From contig RQSC01000523.1 in assembly GCA_013416795.1 (NCBI GenBank), positions 105,712 through 134,829 of the forward strand: a stretch of 29,118 nt of DNA, in the 5' to 3' direction. A program made the position numbers and the translations under genes. Origin of the DNA: Prasinococcaceae sp. CCMP 1430. Its lineage: Eukaryota; Plantae; Prasinodermophyta. The number at the start of each line of letters is the position of its first letter. Position 1 is the first letter of the stretch. This document shows, in pieces, positions 9,780-18,993 of the stretch. The notes beneath the pieces are model-generated. The model had not been told where the DNA came from. It was given only the letters and a program-made list of their open reading frames with translations, and ran no database searches.

Positions 9780-11457
9780 ATGTTGCCGCCTCCCAGCTCG
9801 GACGAGTTTGCGGACCTGCGGTCGGCGCTGAGCGGAGACGCCGCGCTGGTGGTGCGTCCCCCCGCCTCCGCCGCCGCCGATCAGCAGGCCGAGGCGTACG
9901 AGCGCGCCCTGTGGGGCGCCAAGTGGGATGTGGCGCAGCTGAAGCGCCGAAGCTCGGGCTGGTCGCGGGAGGCCAACGGGACCAACACATGGAACGTCGA
10001 CGGCTTGGAGGAGCGCATGCCGGCGGCCATCGCCTCGCCCGCGAGCGCGCGGGACGTCGCCGAGTGCGTGCTCTACGCCGCGGCCAGGCGCTCCGAGGGC
10101 CAAAGGCTGTGCGTGGCGGGCGGGCGCTTCTCGCAGCTCTCGCTCGCCGAGGGCGCGCTGTGCATCGACCTGTCGCGCATGCGAAGCGCTCGCTGTGACG
10201 CCACAACCGGCACCGTCGTCGCACAGGGTGGGTGTCTTGTGGGCGACGTGATGAGCGCGTGCCAGCCGCACGCGCTTGCGGTGCCGCTCGGCGCGCACCC
10301 AGGCACGGGCATCGGCGGGCTGGTGCTGCAGGGCGGGCACGGCTGGCTGGAACGAAGCGCCGGGCTCGCGGTGGATGCGCTGCTCTCGGCACAAGTCGTG
10401 CTCGCGTCGGGAGACATCATGCGCGCCAGTGCCGACGAGAACGCGGATCTGTTCTGGGCCATCCGAGGCGGCGGCGGCGGCTTCGGCGTCGTCACCGAGT
10501 TCGTCTTTCGGGCCGCGCCCGTCGGCGAGGCCGGTCAGGTACAGCGCATAACGAAGGTGTACGTCCCGCTCAAGGCCTTCTCGGCCCTCCGATTCCAGCC
10601 GTCGCGACTCGAATGCCTGCGCAACTTCCGCGACGCATGCATCGCGGTGGATGGCGTCGACGAGCTCGCAATGGAGGCGGTCGTACTCGTCGGGGGGCCG
10701 ACGATCGCGAGCATGGTGAGCTTCAGCAGCAGCCTCGCACGGGGCGAGGCCGCGCTCAAGGAGCACGGGCGGGCATTCCAAAAGCTACGGGCGGTCGCCA
10801 ACGCGCTCAAGCCTTGCTCGTATCACGACGGGCTCATGTACGACGTATTCAGCCCTTCGATGGAGGCGAACCTCCAGAGCAGGTATTACCGCACCGGCAG
10901 CCTGCACGAGGACCTGCCCGACGCAGCTCTGAAGGCCATCTCTGACGCCACCTCGGGCAAGCAGCCGTGCTCCAAGGGCACTCAAGTGCTCATCACGCTG
11001 CTGGGGGGCAAGGCCAAGCGGTGCGTCGTCGGGACGCGCGCGCCATGGCATCGCCCATCCCTCGAATCTCAATGGCGAGGGCGACGCTCCAGCCGCTGAA
11101 GGCACCCACTGACCGACGCCCGCCCGCGCGCGTGCGCTCACGACTCACTCGCTCACGTGCAGCGTTCCCGATCACGCCACGGCGTACGCGCACCGGCGTG
11201 CGATGTTCTGGGTGACCATCACGACGTACCTCCCGCCGCCCAAGGCCGGCAAGGGCAAGCGCACAGACGCCATCCGATGGGCAGAAGACCTGCGTGCCAA
11301 GCTCGCGCCGCACGCCATGCATGAAAGCACCAGCAGCGGCCCGCACTCCGGGCTGGCGCTGCCGCCACCACGTGGCCACCACGCGGAGAGGCTGCGGGAC
11401 TTGAAGGCGCGCCTGGACCCCGCGAACGTCTTCAGCTCGGTGCAGCCCATCGCGTGA
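9780..11457 (+). CDS. FAD-linked oxidoreductase, berberine-bridge-enzyme/VAO-like (FAD_binding_4 plus BBE C-terminus); 2 exons (9780-11020, 11163-11457), 511 aa
   Basis: PAAIASPASARDVAECV; GALCIDLSRM; VVAQGGCLVGDV; GIGGLVLQGGHGWL; DALLSAQVVLASG...ENADLFWAIRGGGGGFGVVTEF. The GTGCGT...GTGCAG intron (11021-11162) restores RVPDHATAYAHR. C-terminal RLRDLKARLDPANVF. Confidence 0.88.
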
Positions 11458-11598
11458 GCTCGCGCGCGCACCGCCGCCAGGGGCAGAGCGCGGGGCGTGA
11501 GCATATGCATAGTGGGACTAGTGATGCGCGTCGCAGACGCTTCTATTGTACAGTACGGAGACGAGCGACGCGACCTCGAGCTACGCGGCGCGACGCGC

Positions 11599-12063
11599 TC
11601 ATAGCATGGCGGGCGTCGCATTCGTGGTAGCTCGCGCTCGGCTGCCCCCCTGCGCTCGCCGCTTGGCTGGTGTCGCCCCCGCCTCGGCGCGGCGCAGCAT
11701 CTCCGCGACGGCGCGGTTGCCACGGCGGTCCGCCCATCCTGCGGGTGTCATGGCCAGGTCGTGGGGTACGTCCGGCTGACGCAGCCTGCTGCACTCGCGA
11801 GCGTCCGCGCCCGCGCGCAGCAGCAGAGCGGTCATGGTCTCGTTGCCGCGGTAGGCGGCCTCTGCGAGCGGAGTCGCGCCGCACTCTGAGTCGCGCGTGC
11901 CAGGCGCCGCGCCCCACCTGCGCACGAGTTCAGCGGCACACCGCGCGGCACCCACGCGCGCCGCGAGCGAGAGGGCGCAGAAAGGGACCGCCTCGCCGAC
12001 GGCATTGATGTCGAAGGCGTCCTCACCGACGCGCTTGCGCCAGGATCGCAGGAGCTTGTTCAT
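11599..12063 (-). CDS. Small ankyrin-repeat protein, about 154 aa from ATG 12063; start uncertain
   Basis: ALSLAARVGAARCAAELV, GATPLAEAAYRGNETMTALLLRAGAD, TPAGWADRRGNRAVAEMLRRA. The frame stays open upstream of 12063. Confidence 0.7.
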   Translation of the reverse strand: MNKLLRSWRKRVGEDAFDINAVGEAVPFCALSLAARVGAARCAAELVRRWGAAPGTRDSECGATPLAEAAYRGNETMTALLLRAGADARECSRLRQPDVPHDLAMTPAGWADRRGNRAVAEMLRRAEAGATPAKRRAQGGSRARATTNATPAML

Positions 12064-12993
12064 GGCACAGACATCGTTCGAGGCCACAGGCCCTCGCGCC
12101 CAGCCGGAGAGTCCAGTGCGCGTGCGAAGCAAAGCACCGAGGTGCAGGTCCGCCGCGGCAGACAGCGCTTCGAGCCGGCGCACCGCCGCGACCCCGACGA
12201 GTGACGCGGGCGATCTCCTCGGGGCGCGCGGCACAGCGCCGCGCAGGCCGAGCGCTTCGGCGGCGGCGCGTGCGTGCTCAAGCCGGCCGCGGGGACGCGC
12301 TGCGAAGGCGTGACGCGCGTCACGCCCTCCGAGTGGGACCTGGGGTGCGCGGCGCGCGCGCGCGCGCTGCTCGCAGAGGGAGACGTGCTCGCGCAGCCGC
12401 TCCTGCCGCCCGTGCGCGTCGGTGGGTCGACGTGGGGGGAGGTCAACGTCGTGGTCGCGGACGGCGAGGTCGTGCACGCCGTGCACAAGCATCCCGCGCG
12501 CTGGGGCTGGCACGCCGCCGGGTGCCCGTGCGCGGAGCTCGCGCCAGGCGACGAGGAGCTCGCGCGCATGGAGTGCACGTGCGGCGGTGTGGCGGCCGCC
12601 GTCGCGACGGCGACGGCGGGCGGACAGATGCCAGAGCCGCTCAACGCCCCCGCGGGCTGCGACGTGGTGCCGCTGCGCCTCCCGCTGCCGCATCCACTGC
12701 AGCGCGCGGCCGAGGCTGCTGCCGCCGCGCTCGCGGGACCGTGTGGCGATGTGCGTGGCGGGTGCGCCCGCGATGACGGCGCGGAGCAGGAGCACGAGCG
12801 CGCAGCCAGGAGCTCGCCCTGCCTGTGCCGCGTGGACTTCCTGCCGAGCGTTGAAGCGGGCGTGCTGCGGTGGCTCGTCTCTGAGATCGAGGGCCAGTGG
12901 GCTGAGTACTTCCTGCGCGCGGCGCCCGCGCGTGGGGCCGCCGTCGCTGCCGCGCTCGCGCGGCGCTGCAGCGCAGGAGCGGGGGCGGCCTGA
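12062..12993 (+). CDS. ATP-grasp fold protein (RimK/glutathione-synthetase-like); core exon 12237-12993, putative first exon 12062-12141
   Basis: VLKPAAG; GDVLAQPLLPPV...WGEVNVVVADGEVVHAVHKHP; CRVDFLP...WLVSEIE. These are ATP-grasp-type motifs. TGTAA 19 nt after the stop supports the + strand. The 5' exon (GTGCAG donor 12142, CACAG acceptor 12236, TGAC branch 12202) is frame-consistent but tentative. Confidence 0.65.
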
Positions 12994-13011
12994 ATGATAT
13001 GGTGCATAGTA

Positions 13012-13018
13012 TGTAACA
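13012..13018. terminator. TGTAACA: + strand TGTAA poly(A) signal overlapping a minus-strand TGTTA variant
   Basis: Lies in the 74-nt spacer between the convergent ATP-grasp and SCAI-like stops. Confidence 0.5.
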
Positions 13019-13067
13019 GTAGCTTGCATGAATGCCGCCGTGCTGCCATGCCAGCCGCGGGGGCCGC

Positions 13068-14348
13068 TCACCTCGAGCGCCGCGGCGGTGGCGGCTCGAA
13101 GGTGACGGGCGGGCCGCCATACGGTCGCGCGGGCGCGGACATGGCGCGCAGCGTCGGGTGCAGGGCAGGGGTTCCGACGAAGGCGTTCGGCAGCGGGTGC
13201 GCGCGGAGGGGTCCCGACGCCGGCCGCCCCTTGCCGTTGTACACGTGGTGTCCGTGCGCGAACGCGTGCGCGCCATGCTTGGCATAGTGACTCTTCGGCT
13301 TCGGACGCGGCGGTGACTCCTCACAGTTGTAGGCATGCCCGATGCCGAGATCTCCGGCGATGCGCCGCACGCCCTCGCGTACAATTTTGGCGTGGGGGTC
13401 GAGATCGGGCGGAAGCTGCGGCACCGAGTACGGCCTCGTCTCGCCCTTGCCGCCGCGCTTGCGCCTGTCTGCCTGCAGGCGAAAGGCGGCGCGGCACAGA
13501 AGAAAGCGCATGATGAGCCTGAAAGCATGCGGATCGGCGGCGAAGCGCGCCCAGACGCCCGTCATGCCGTTCCTCGCATTCTTCTGTAGGACTTTCTCCC
13601 AGCTGTCGAAGATGCGCTCCATGGTGACGCTCGCCGCGGCGCACTGCTGCGCGCTCGGTGCGCGAGCGCCAGCCAGCGCGACCATCGCGTGCAAGGGCCC
13701 CGACAGGAAAAGCGTGAAGAGCCCGCCGCGGTTGTCGGGGTGATCGCCCTCGCTGCCCCACTGCCTGTTTGCCAGCCCGGCGGGCGACACGAGCACGCCC
13801 ACGGGCCCCCCGCGCGCGACACCGCCGAGCGCCGCGAAGCCCTGAACGCGATCCGAGTCAACCACCACCAGCATGGGCTTGCGCGTGAAGGGGAGCAGGT
13901 CCGAGGGGAAGAGCTGCCTACTCTCGTCCTTGGACAGCCCGACGCCCGCGTGCTGGTACGCGCGCGCGCCGGCGTCCTTCTGCTGCCCGCCCGCGTCCTC
14001 GGACCCGTCGCCGCTTTCGCAGAGCGCGCCGTCGTCGCCCGGGAGCAGGCGCTCGGGGGGGCGCTCGGGCCGCGGCAGTCCCGGCGCGCTGACGTAAAAG
14101 ATGAGCGCCGACTCCGGCGGCAGCTCGTCGACGGCGCTGGAAAGCACCTGCAGCAGCTGCGTGGCGCGCGGGCAGAACATCAAGTACTTGGCCGGGTTGA
14201 TCAGCGCGAGCCCCTGGCGGGCTGGGCGCGCACCGTGGTCCGCGCCGCCCGGGGCACGCGCGTCGGCCGCGCCGCCCACCTCCACGGGGGCGCGGCGCGC
14301 GGCGCGCGCGGCGCGCGCGGCGAGTGCCGTGCTCGGGAGGCGCTGCTG
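13068..14348 (-). CDS. SCAI: SCAI-like protein, C-terminal half only; 5' end unresolved
   Basis: NPAKYLMFCPRATQLLQVLSSAVDELPPESALIFYVSAPG; LFPSDLLPFTRKPMLVVVDSD; GGLFTLFLSGPLHAM; FAADPHAFRLIMRFLLCRA; PYSVPQLP. These match the SCAI C-terminal motifs as I recall them (NPHKYLLYKP, HPGDLYPFTRKPLFIIVDS, GSLFTLFLNNPL, PESYPQLP). A tandem CAG acceptor-like site lies at 14351-14343. Confidence 0.8.
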   Translation of the reverse strand, partial: QQRLPSTALAARAARAARRAPVEVGGAADARAPGGADHGARPARQGLALINPAKYLMFCPRATQLLQVLSSAVDELPPESALIFYVSAPGLPRPERPPERLLPGDDGALCESGDGSEDAGGQQKDAGARAYQHAGVGLSKDESRQLFPSDLLPFTRKPMLVVVDSDRVQGFAALGGVARGGPVGVLVSPAGLANRQWGSEGDHPDNRGGLFTLFLSGPLHAMVALAGARAPSAQQCAAASVTMERIFDSWEKVLQKNARNGMTGVWARFAADPHAFRLIMRFLLCRAAFRLQADRRKRGGKGETRPYSVPQLPPDLDPHAKIVREGVRRIAGDLGIGHAYNCEESPPRPKPKSHYAKHGAHAFAHGHHVYNGKGRPASGPLRAHPLPNAFVGTPALHPTLRAMSAPARPYGGPPVTFEPPPPRRSR

Positions 14349-14375
14349 CTGCAATTCTGGTCATCATCAAGGGAT

Positions 14376-15955
14376 TTACGAGGGCTCGCCCTGTGCGTCG
14401 TAGACGCGCGCCCGAAGCGGCACGCTCGCTGCGAGCGTCGCGACCGCCCGCGCTCGCCAGACGTCCTCCGGCTCACACTGGGGCGCGGGAGATGCGCTCG
14501 CTTCGGCCGTCGCTGCTGTCGCCGCCGCTGCCGCCGCGCGGCGAACGAGAGCGAGCAGCGCCTCGCCGTTGGCCTCGCGCGCCGCGAGCAGCTCCGCCAG
14601 GTGCTCCTGCCTCTCCTCCTCGTCGCGGCCTTCCTCCCGCTCCTGCGCCTTGGAAGTCGCGCTCGGACTTGAGGGCGCCGAACGCCCGCCGCGAGTGCTG
14701 CCGTCGTCGAGCTCTGCGCTACCACCGTCCGCCTGGCGGGCCAGCGCGAGCGCAGCCCTGCCGGCCTCGAGCTGTGCACGCGCCTGGGCGTGCGCCACGC
14801 TGGGCACAGCCTCGCAGCCTCTGCTCGCGCGGCTTGCTTCGAGCGCAGCCTCGCGCGCCTCCCATCGCTCGCGACCCTCACGGATGCACTCGGCGACGAT
14901 CGTTGCACCGCTGGGGAGGGGCGCCGCCTGCGCGCGGCGCCTCTCCTCCGCGGCTGCGCGCACAGCGAGCGCCAAGCGGCGCCGGCCTTGTGCCTGCGCG
15001 TGCTCCTTCCTCCGCACGGCGACCTTGTCCGACACAGAGAGGCGCGACGCCAAGTATTGTGTCAGCGAGTGTGGACGTGTTGCCATGCGGCATTTGGCAT
15101 GCGTGGGCACGTGGTAGCTTGCGCGAGAAGGAATGGCCGCGCGCGCGGTTCTACACTCACCTCCTGCGCGTACTTGCGCAGCTCAGCGTCCATCTTCCGT
15201 GCCTCCGCCGCTTGCTTCGCGGACGCCGCAACGCACTGCAAGCGCGCGACGAGCGTCGGCGGTGCGCACACGACGCGAGAGGGTGCGCGCGGGTCGCGGC
15301 AAGAACGGCGCTTGAGCACCTGTGCGAGCGTGTTCCGCGCATGCGGCGAGGTCGGCGGGGCGCGCGATGCGTACGCCTGTCGCTGAGGGGCGGGGGTGCG
15401 CAGCAGCCGGCACAGAGCCGCCGTGCCCTCTTGGGCCGCGCCCTCCGCGCCCCCGCTCTCCAAGTCCGAGTCGCTGCTGTAAATCGAGGACGCCCTCTCT
15501 CGCGCGCCGCTCAGCCCTCCGGCTCCCATCTCACGCGGCGATGGCGACGACGAGCGCGTGCGCGGGGGCGCGCCCGGCGAGCGTCGCGCAGGATAGCCGC
15601 TGCTGCGGGTGCTCGGTGGCGCGCTCGCAACGTCAGAGTCCGTCTCGAAGCTCTCGCTGGAGTCAGAAAGCACAAAGGATGCGTCCTCGTCGTGGGTGGC
15701 GGCAGCGTTGGCCTCCGCTCGGCTCACTCGAGCGTGCGCCTGCGGCAGGCGGGCGGTCTGCGCGCGCGCTCGCGGCGGCTGCTGCAGCGGCAGAGGCGGC
15801 AGTGCGCGCCGCGGCTGCGGCTCGTTGCGGGGCGTGGCGCCACCGGAGCGCACGCCGCCGTCCGGCTCGATCTCGAAGCTGCCGACCGTGTCCGCGTACG
15901 ACGACTCGCTGCCGGAGCTACCATCGGTGTCGATTTCGCTCGCGGGCGCCGACAT
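14376..15955 (-). CDS. Hypothetical Ser/acidic low-complexity and coiled-coil protein; 2 exons (15955-15161, about 15023-14376), about 480 aa
   Basis: ATG at 15955 (MSAPASEIDTDGSSGSES). Strong GAG|GTGAGT donor at 15160 and GCTGAC branch at 15066. In-frame acceptors at 15024 (AAG) or 14994 (CAG). E/R/A-rich helical C-terminus. No family recognised. Confidence 0.55.
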
Positions 15956-16778
15956 AGCGCAATTGCGTGCGCGCGAGCGAGGGAGAGTCAACCGCGGGCG
16001 CCCGCCCGCGCCCGCGCCAACAACGCCCGCGACCCCTCCCCCCCTTCTTCCCCACGCCGCCCCGCTCGCGCCCGCCTCGCGCAGCGCCGAAGCCAATCGC
16101 GGCCCTGACTGTCGAAATCTCGCTCCCAAACCCTTCGCCGCGCCACCCCGCCCCCACCCCTTCACCCCCCTCGCGCACGCTGTGGCGGGCGGCGGCGGCG
16201 GCGATGGCGCTCGCTCGCTCCCTCGCTCTCGCGCGGTCGTCGCGCGGGGGAACCGACCCCGCAAACCGCCGGTCGAAATGCGCAAAAATGCGCACAACGC
16301 GCGCCCATCCGCAATACGAATCACCATAGGTGCCTCCCAACAACACGAGCAAAAAACGCTCCCCAAATTTGCCAAGGCGTCGTTTGTGTTTGTTGTTTGC
16401 CGAATTCCGATCACTGACGTCGATCGCTGACGCCTAACGGCCGCATAGGAAGGGAGTGGGGCGCGCGGCGAAAACCTCGATACCAGTTTTTTGGGGGTTG
16501 GTTGGAGTTCGAGCCCGCGCGGGTGGTGCGGCGCGCAGGAGACAGCTGCCCGCGAGCTAGGGCTGGTGTGCCACACGCCGCGCGCGGGGAGGCGTGTGGG
16601 GGGGGAGGAGGAGGCGGTCGGGGGGCTTGCGAGGACGCGGTCGCGGTGCCGCCGCGTGGGGGCCGCGCGGGGTGACCCCCCCCACACACACACCACACAC
16701 ACAAGTGCGTGCGGCGCACGTTGTGGCGGCGGCGGCGGCGCGGGGCTCTCTCGCGCCCGGGCCGCAGCGGCGCGCGCG

Positions 16779-18920
16779 ATGGACGGCGGCGGCAGCGCCG
16801 TGCCCTCGGCGTCAGATGCCCGGAACGGCGCGCCCGCCGGCGCGGAAGGGCACGCGCCGGGATCGCATGCGCCGCCACCAACGGAGCTCGGACACATCCC
16901 TGGCGCCCAGCCAGATGACGCGACGCGCTTCGTGTCGTCGCTCAAGGCCTTCCTGCTCGAGACGCAGGGCGTGATTCTCTTCGGCACAGCCGGCTGGGAG
17001 CAGCCCTGCGTCGGCCCAGCGAGGGACGTGCTCAGCCTCACGCAGCTCTACCGGTTCGTCGCGCTGCGCGGCGGCGCTGGCGCGGCCGCACAGGCCACCT
17101 TCGATTGGCGGAGCATTGCGGCGCAACTCAACTTCCCGCCAGAGGCGGCACCGGCCATCAAGCTCACCTACACGCAATTCCTGTCGGCGTACATGAGGCG
17201 CTACCTCGCGCCTCTGCACATGGTAGCCGCGCCGGGCGCCGCCGGCCGTGCGCCCGGTGCCGCAGCTCCGAAGCGTGAGAGGAGCCAGGTCACGGGGAAG
17301 CGATCGTCGGCGACGGCCGGCCTGCCCGCCGTGCGCGTGCCAGACGGCGCTGCCGGGCCGAAAATGGAGAGTGGCGCCGCCGGTAACTCCAACAACGGGA
17401 CGAAGGAGCCGCCGACCGAGCTCGAGCTCGCGAAGATGCGCAAGCTCCTCGGGGATATGACGCCTTCGCTCGACCCATCGATTTACGCGTCGGCGGACGT
17501 CGAAACCGCGCAGGGGGGCATGGGCCTGCTGCAGTCGCTCGTGTGCGGCGTTGCTGCGGAGCGCGCGTGGGCGCTCAACGCACTCATGGCGGCGTCGAGC
17601 GCCAGGGAGGCCGGGCTCGCGCCGGAGCGCATGCCCTTGCTGCTTCGGGGGCTCGTGTCCGTGCTGAAGGCATGGCTTTCGAGGACTCACCCGTCGATGC
17701 CCCTCAAACTGCCGCGATGGCTGGTGGAGGGACTGCCAGAGCACTGCCCTCGACCCAAGCACGTGGACGAGGCTCTCGCAAACATCGCCGGTGCGCCAGA
17801 CGAGATCCTCGGGGAGCTTCGCAATTCGCGGCTGCTCGGCGATCCCTCGTTCTGGCCGGAGGCGTGCCATGCGCTCGCCGATGACCCTGACGGCCTGACG
17901 TCAGCGAGGCACGCCGCCGCCGCGGCCGTCATCCTCTCAAACTGTGCTCTGAGCAAGGAGGGCGCGACGTGCATGGTCAAGGATATCCAGACGCTGTCGC
18001 ATTTAGCCGCCTGCGTCGAGGTTGCGCGCTGGCGGTGCAGTGCGCCCGGCAGCACAGGCAGAGGGGCCGACGGCGGCGGCACCACCACAGGGGTGCCTGT
18101 GCCCGAGGAGGAGGACATATTCAGCGCGTGCGCGACGGCGCTTTGCAGGCTTGGGGGGCTGATTGATCTCGGCAGGCCAGACATGCTGCGCTGTGTGTCT
18201 GAGTCGGCAGACGCCATCAAGGAGGGCGTTGCGATCTCTTCGCGCGTCCTCGATGTGATGGTTCGGCAGTGTCTGGACGCCAGCGCTCCGCCGTCCTTGC
18301 AGGCGCAGGCGCTGCGCGCGCTCGCGCGGACGGCCACGCCCGACATGATCGACAGGGAGGCCGAGCTGGAGGTGGAGGCGGAGCCCCCCATTGATCGACA
18401 CGCGACTGGCGCGGCAGCAGCGTCAAAGGTGGCCGCTGAGGCCAGGCGGGCGGCCGCGCACGCGCTGAATCCTGGCATGGACGAGCCACTGGCGCGCATG
18501 TGCCAGAACAACAGCGAGGTCATGGTGACTCTCGCGCCGAGCTTGGTCAGTCGATCTGTCGAGCTTGCGCGATGGGCGCTCGCACAGCCAGGTGGCAGTG
18601 CTCAGGACGCCGCAGACGTGATCAGCGGCGTCGCGCAACTGCTCCGCGCGCTGTGCGATGTCGGTCCCTCAGGTAGGAAGGCAGTGGCTGGCTGCGCTGC
18701 TGCCGTGCGTTGCCTCGCGCAGCTGCTCGCCTCGCCGTTGTCAAGCGCGTACGCACGCCTCGACGCGGCGCACGCGCTCGATCGCGTGGCGGCATCGGGC
18801 GCCGCTCTCGCGGCGCTGCGGGCTGTGGAAGACGAGCTCGCGCAGGCTGCGGCCTATGCCAGTCCCGCGCTGGCGCACCCGCTGGGGCGCGTGCTGATCG
18901 CCGTAGCACATCCTCACTAA
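16779..18920 (+). CDS. ARID-domain plus ARM/BAF250-like chromatin-remodelling (SWI/SNF) subunit, 713 aa, apparently intronless
   Basis: ARID consensus FVSSLKAFL...LSLTQLYRFVALRGG...DWRSIAAQLNF...IKLTYTQFLSAYM (about 16915-17210). GLLQSLVCGVAAERAWALNALMAAS resembles the start of the BAF250/LFR ARM region. A helical repeat region follows. Confidence 0.75.
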   Translation: MDGGGSAVPSASDARNGAPAGAEGHAPGSHAPPPTELGHIPGAQPDDATRFVSSLKAFLLETQGVILFGTAGWEQPCVGPARDVLSLTQLYRFVALRGGAGAAAQATFDWRSIAAQLNFPPEAAPAIKLTYTQFLSAYMRRYLAPLHMVAAPGAAGRAPGAAAPKRERSQVTGKRSSATAGLPAVRVPDGAAGPKMESGAAGNSNNGTKEPPTELELAKMRKLLGDMTPSLDPSIYASADVETAQGGMGLLQSLVCGVAAERAWALNALMAASSAREAGLAPERMPLLLRGLVSVLKAWLSRTHPSMPLKLPRWLVEGLPEHCPRPKHVDEALANIAGAPDEILGELRNSRLLGDPSFWPEACHALADDPDGLTSARHAAAAAVILSNCALSKEGATCMVKDIQTLSHLAACVEVARWRCSAPGSTGRGADGGGTTTGVPVPEEEDIFSACATALCRLGGLIDLGRPDMLRCVSESADAIKEGVAISSRVLDVMVRQCLDASAPPSLQAQALRALARTATPDMIDREAELEVEAEPPIDRHATGAAAASKVAAEARRAAAHALNPGMDEPLARMCQNNSEVMVTLAPSLVSRSVELARWALAQPGGSAQDAADVISGVAQLLRALCDVGPSGRKAVAGCAAAVRCLAQLLASPLSSAYARLDAAHALDRVAASGAALAALRAVEDELAQAAAYASPALAHPLGRVLIAVAHPH

Positions 18921-18934
18921 TGATTTGCGATTGG

Positions 18935-18944
18935 TGTAATTACA
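18935..18944. terminator. Palindromic TGTAATTACA: a TGTAA poly(A) signal on both strands
   Basis: 15 nt after the ARID gene stop (+) and 50 nt after the Amt-PP2C stop (-). Confidence 0.7.
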
Positions 18945-18993
18945 GTTGGTTGCGTTTGTTGCCCTACCCCACTCAGCTGATGCTGGGCGCGGG

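Noticed and set aside
11599-13071. 490-aa minus-strand ORF as one long ankyrin protein
   Set aside because: Its upstream two-thirds is the antisense shadow of the + strand ATP-grasp gene, which has the motifs, codon bias and a TGTAA signal.
12990-13071. Apparent GTGAGC...TTCAG intron linking SCAI to the ankyrin ORF
   Set aside because: Splice phases do not match the ankyrin frame; the product would run into a junk frame antisense to a real gene.
14364-14369. TGATGA as a C/D snoRNA C box
   Set aside because: No nearby CTGA D box or terminal stem; the first CTGA is about 160 nt away inside coding sequence.
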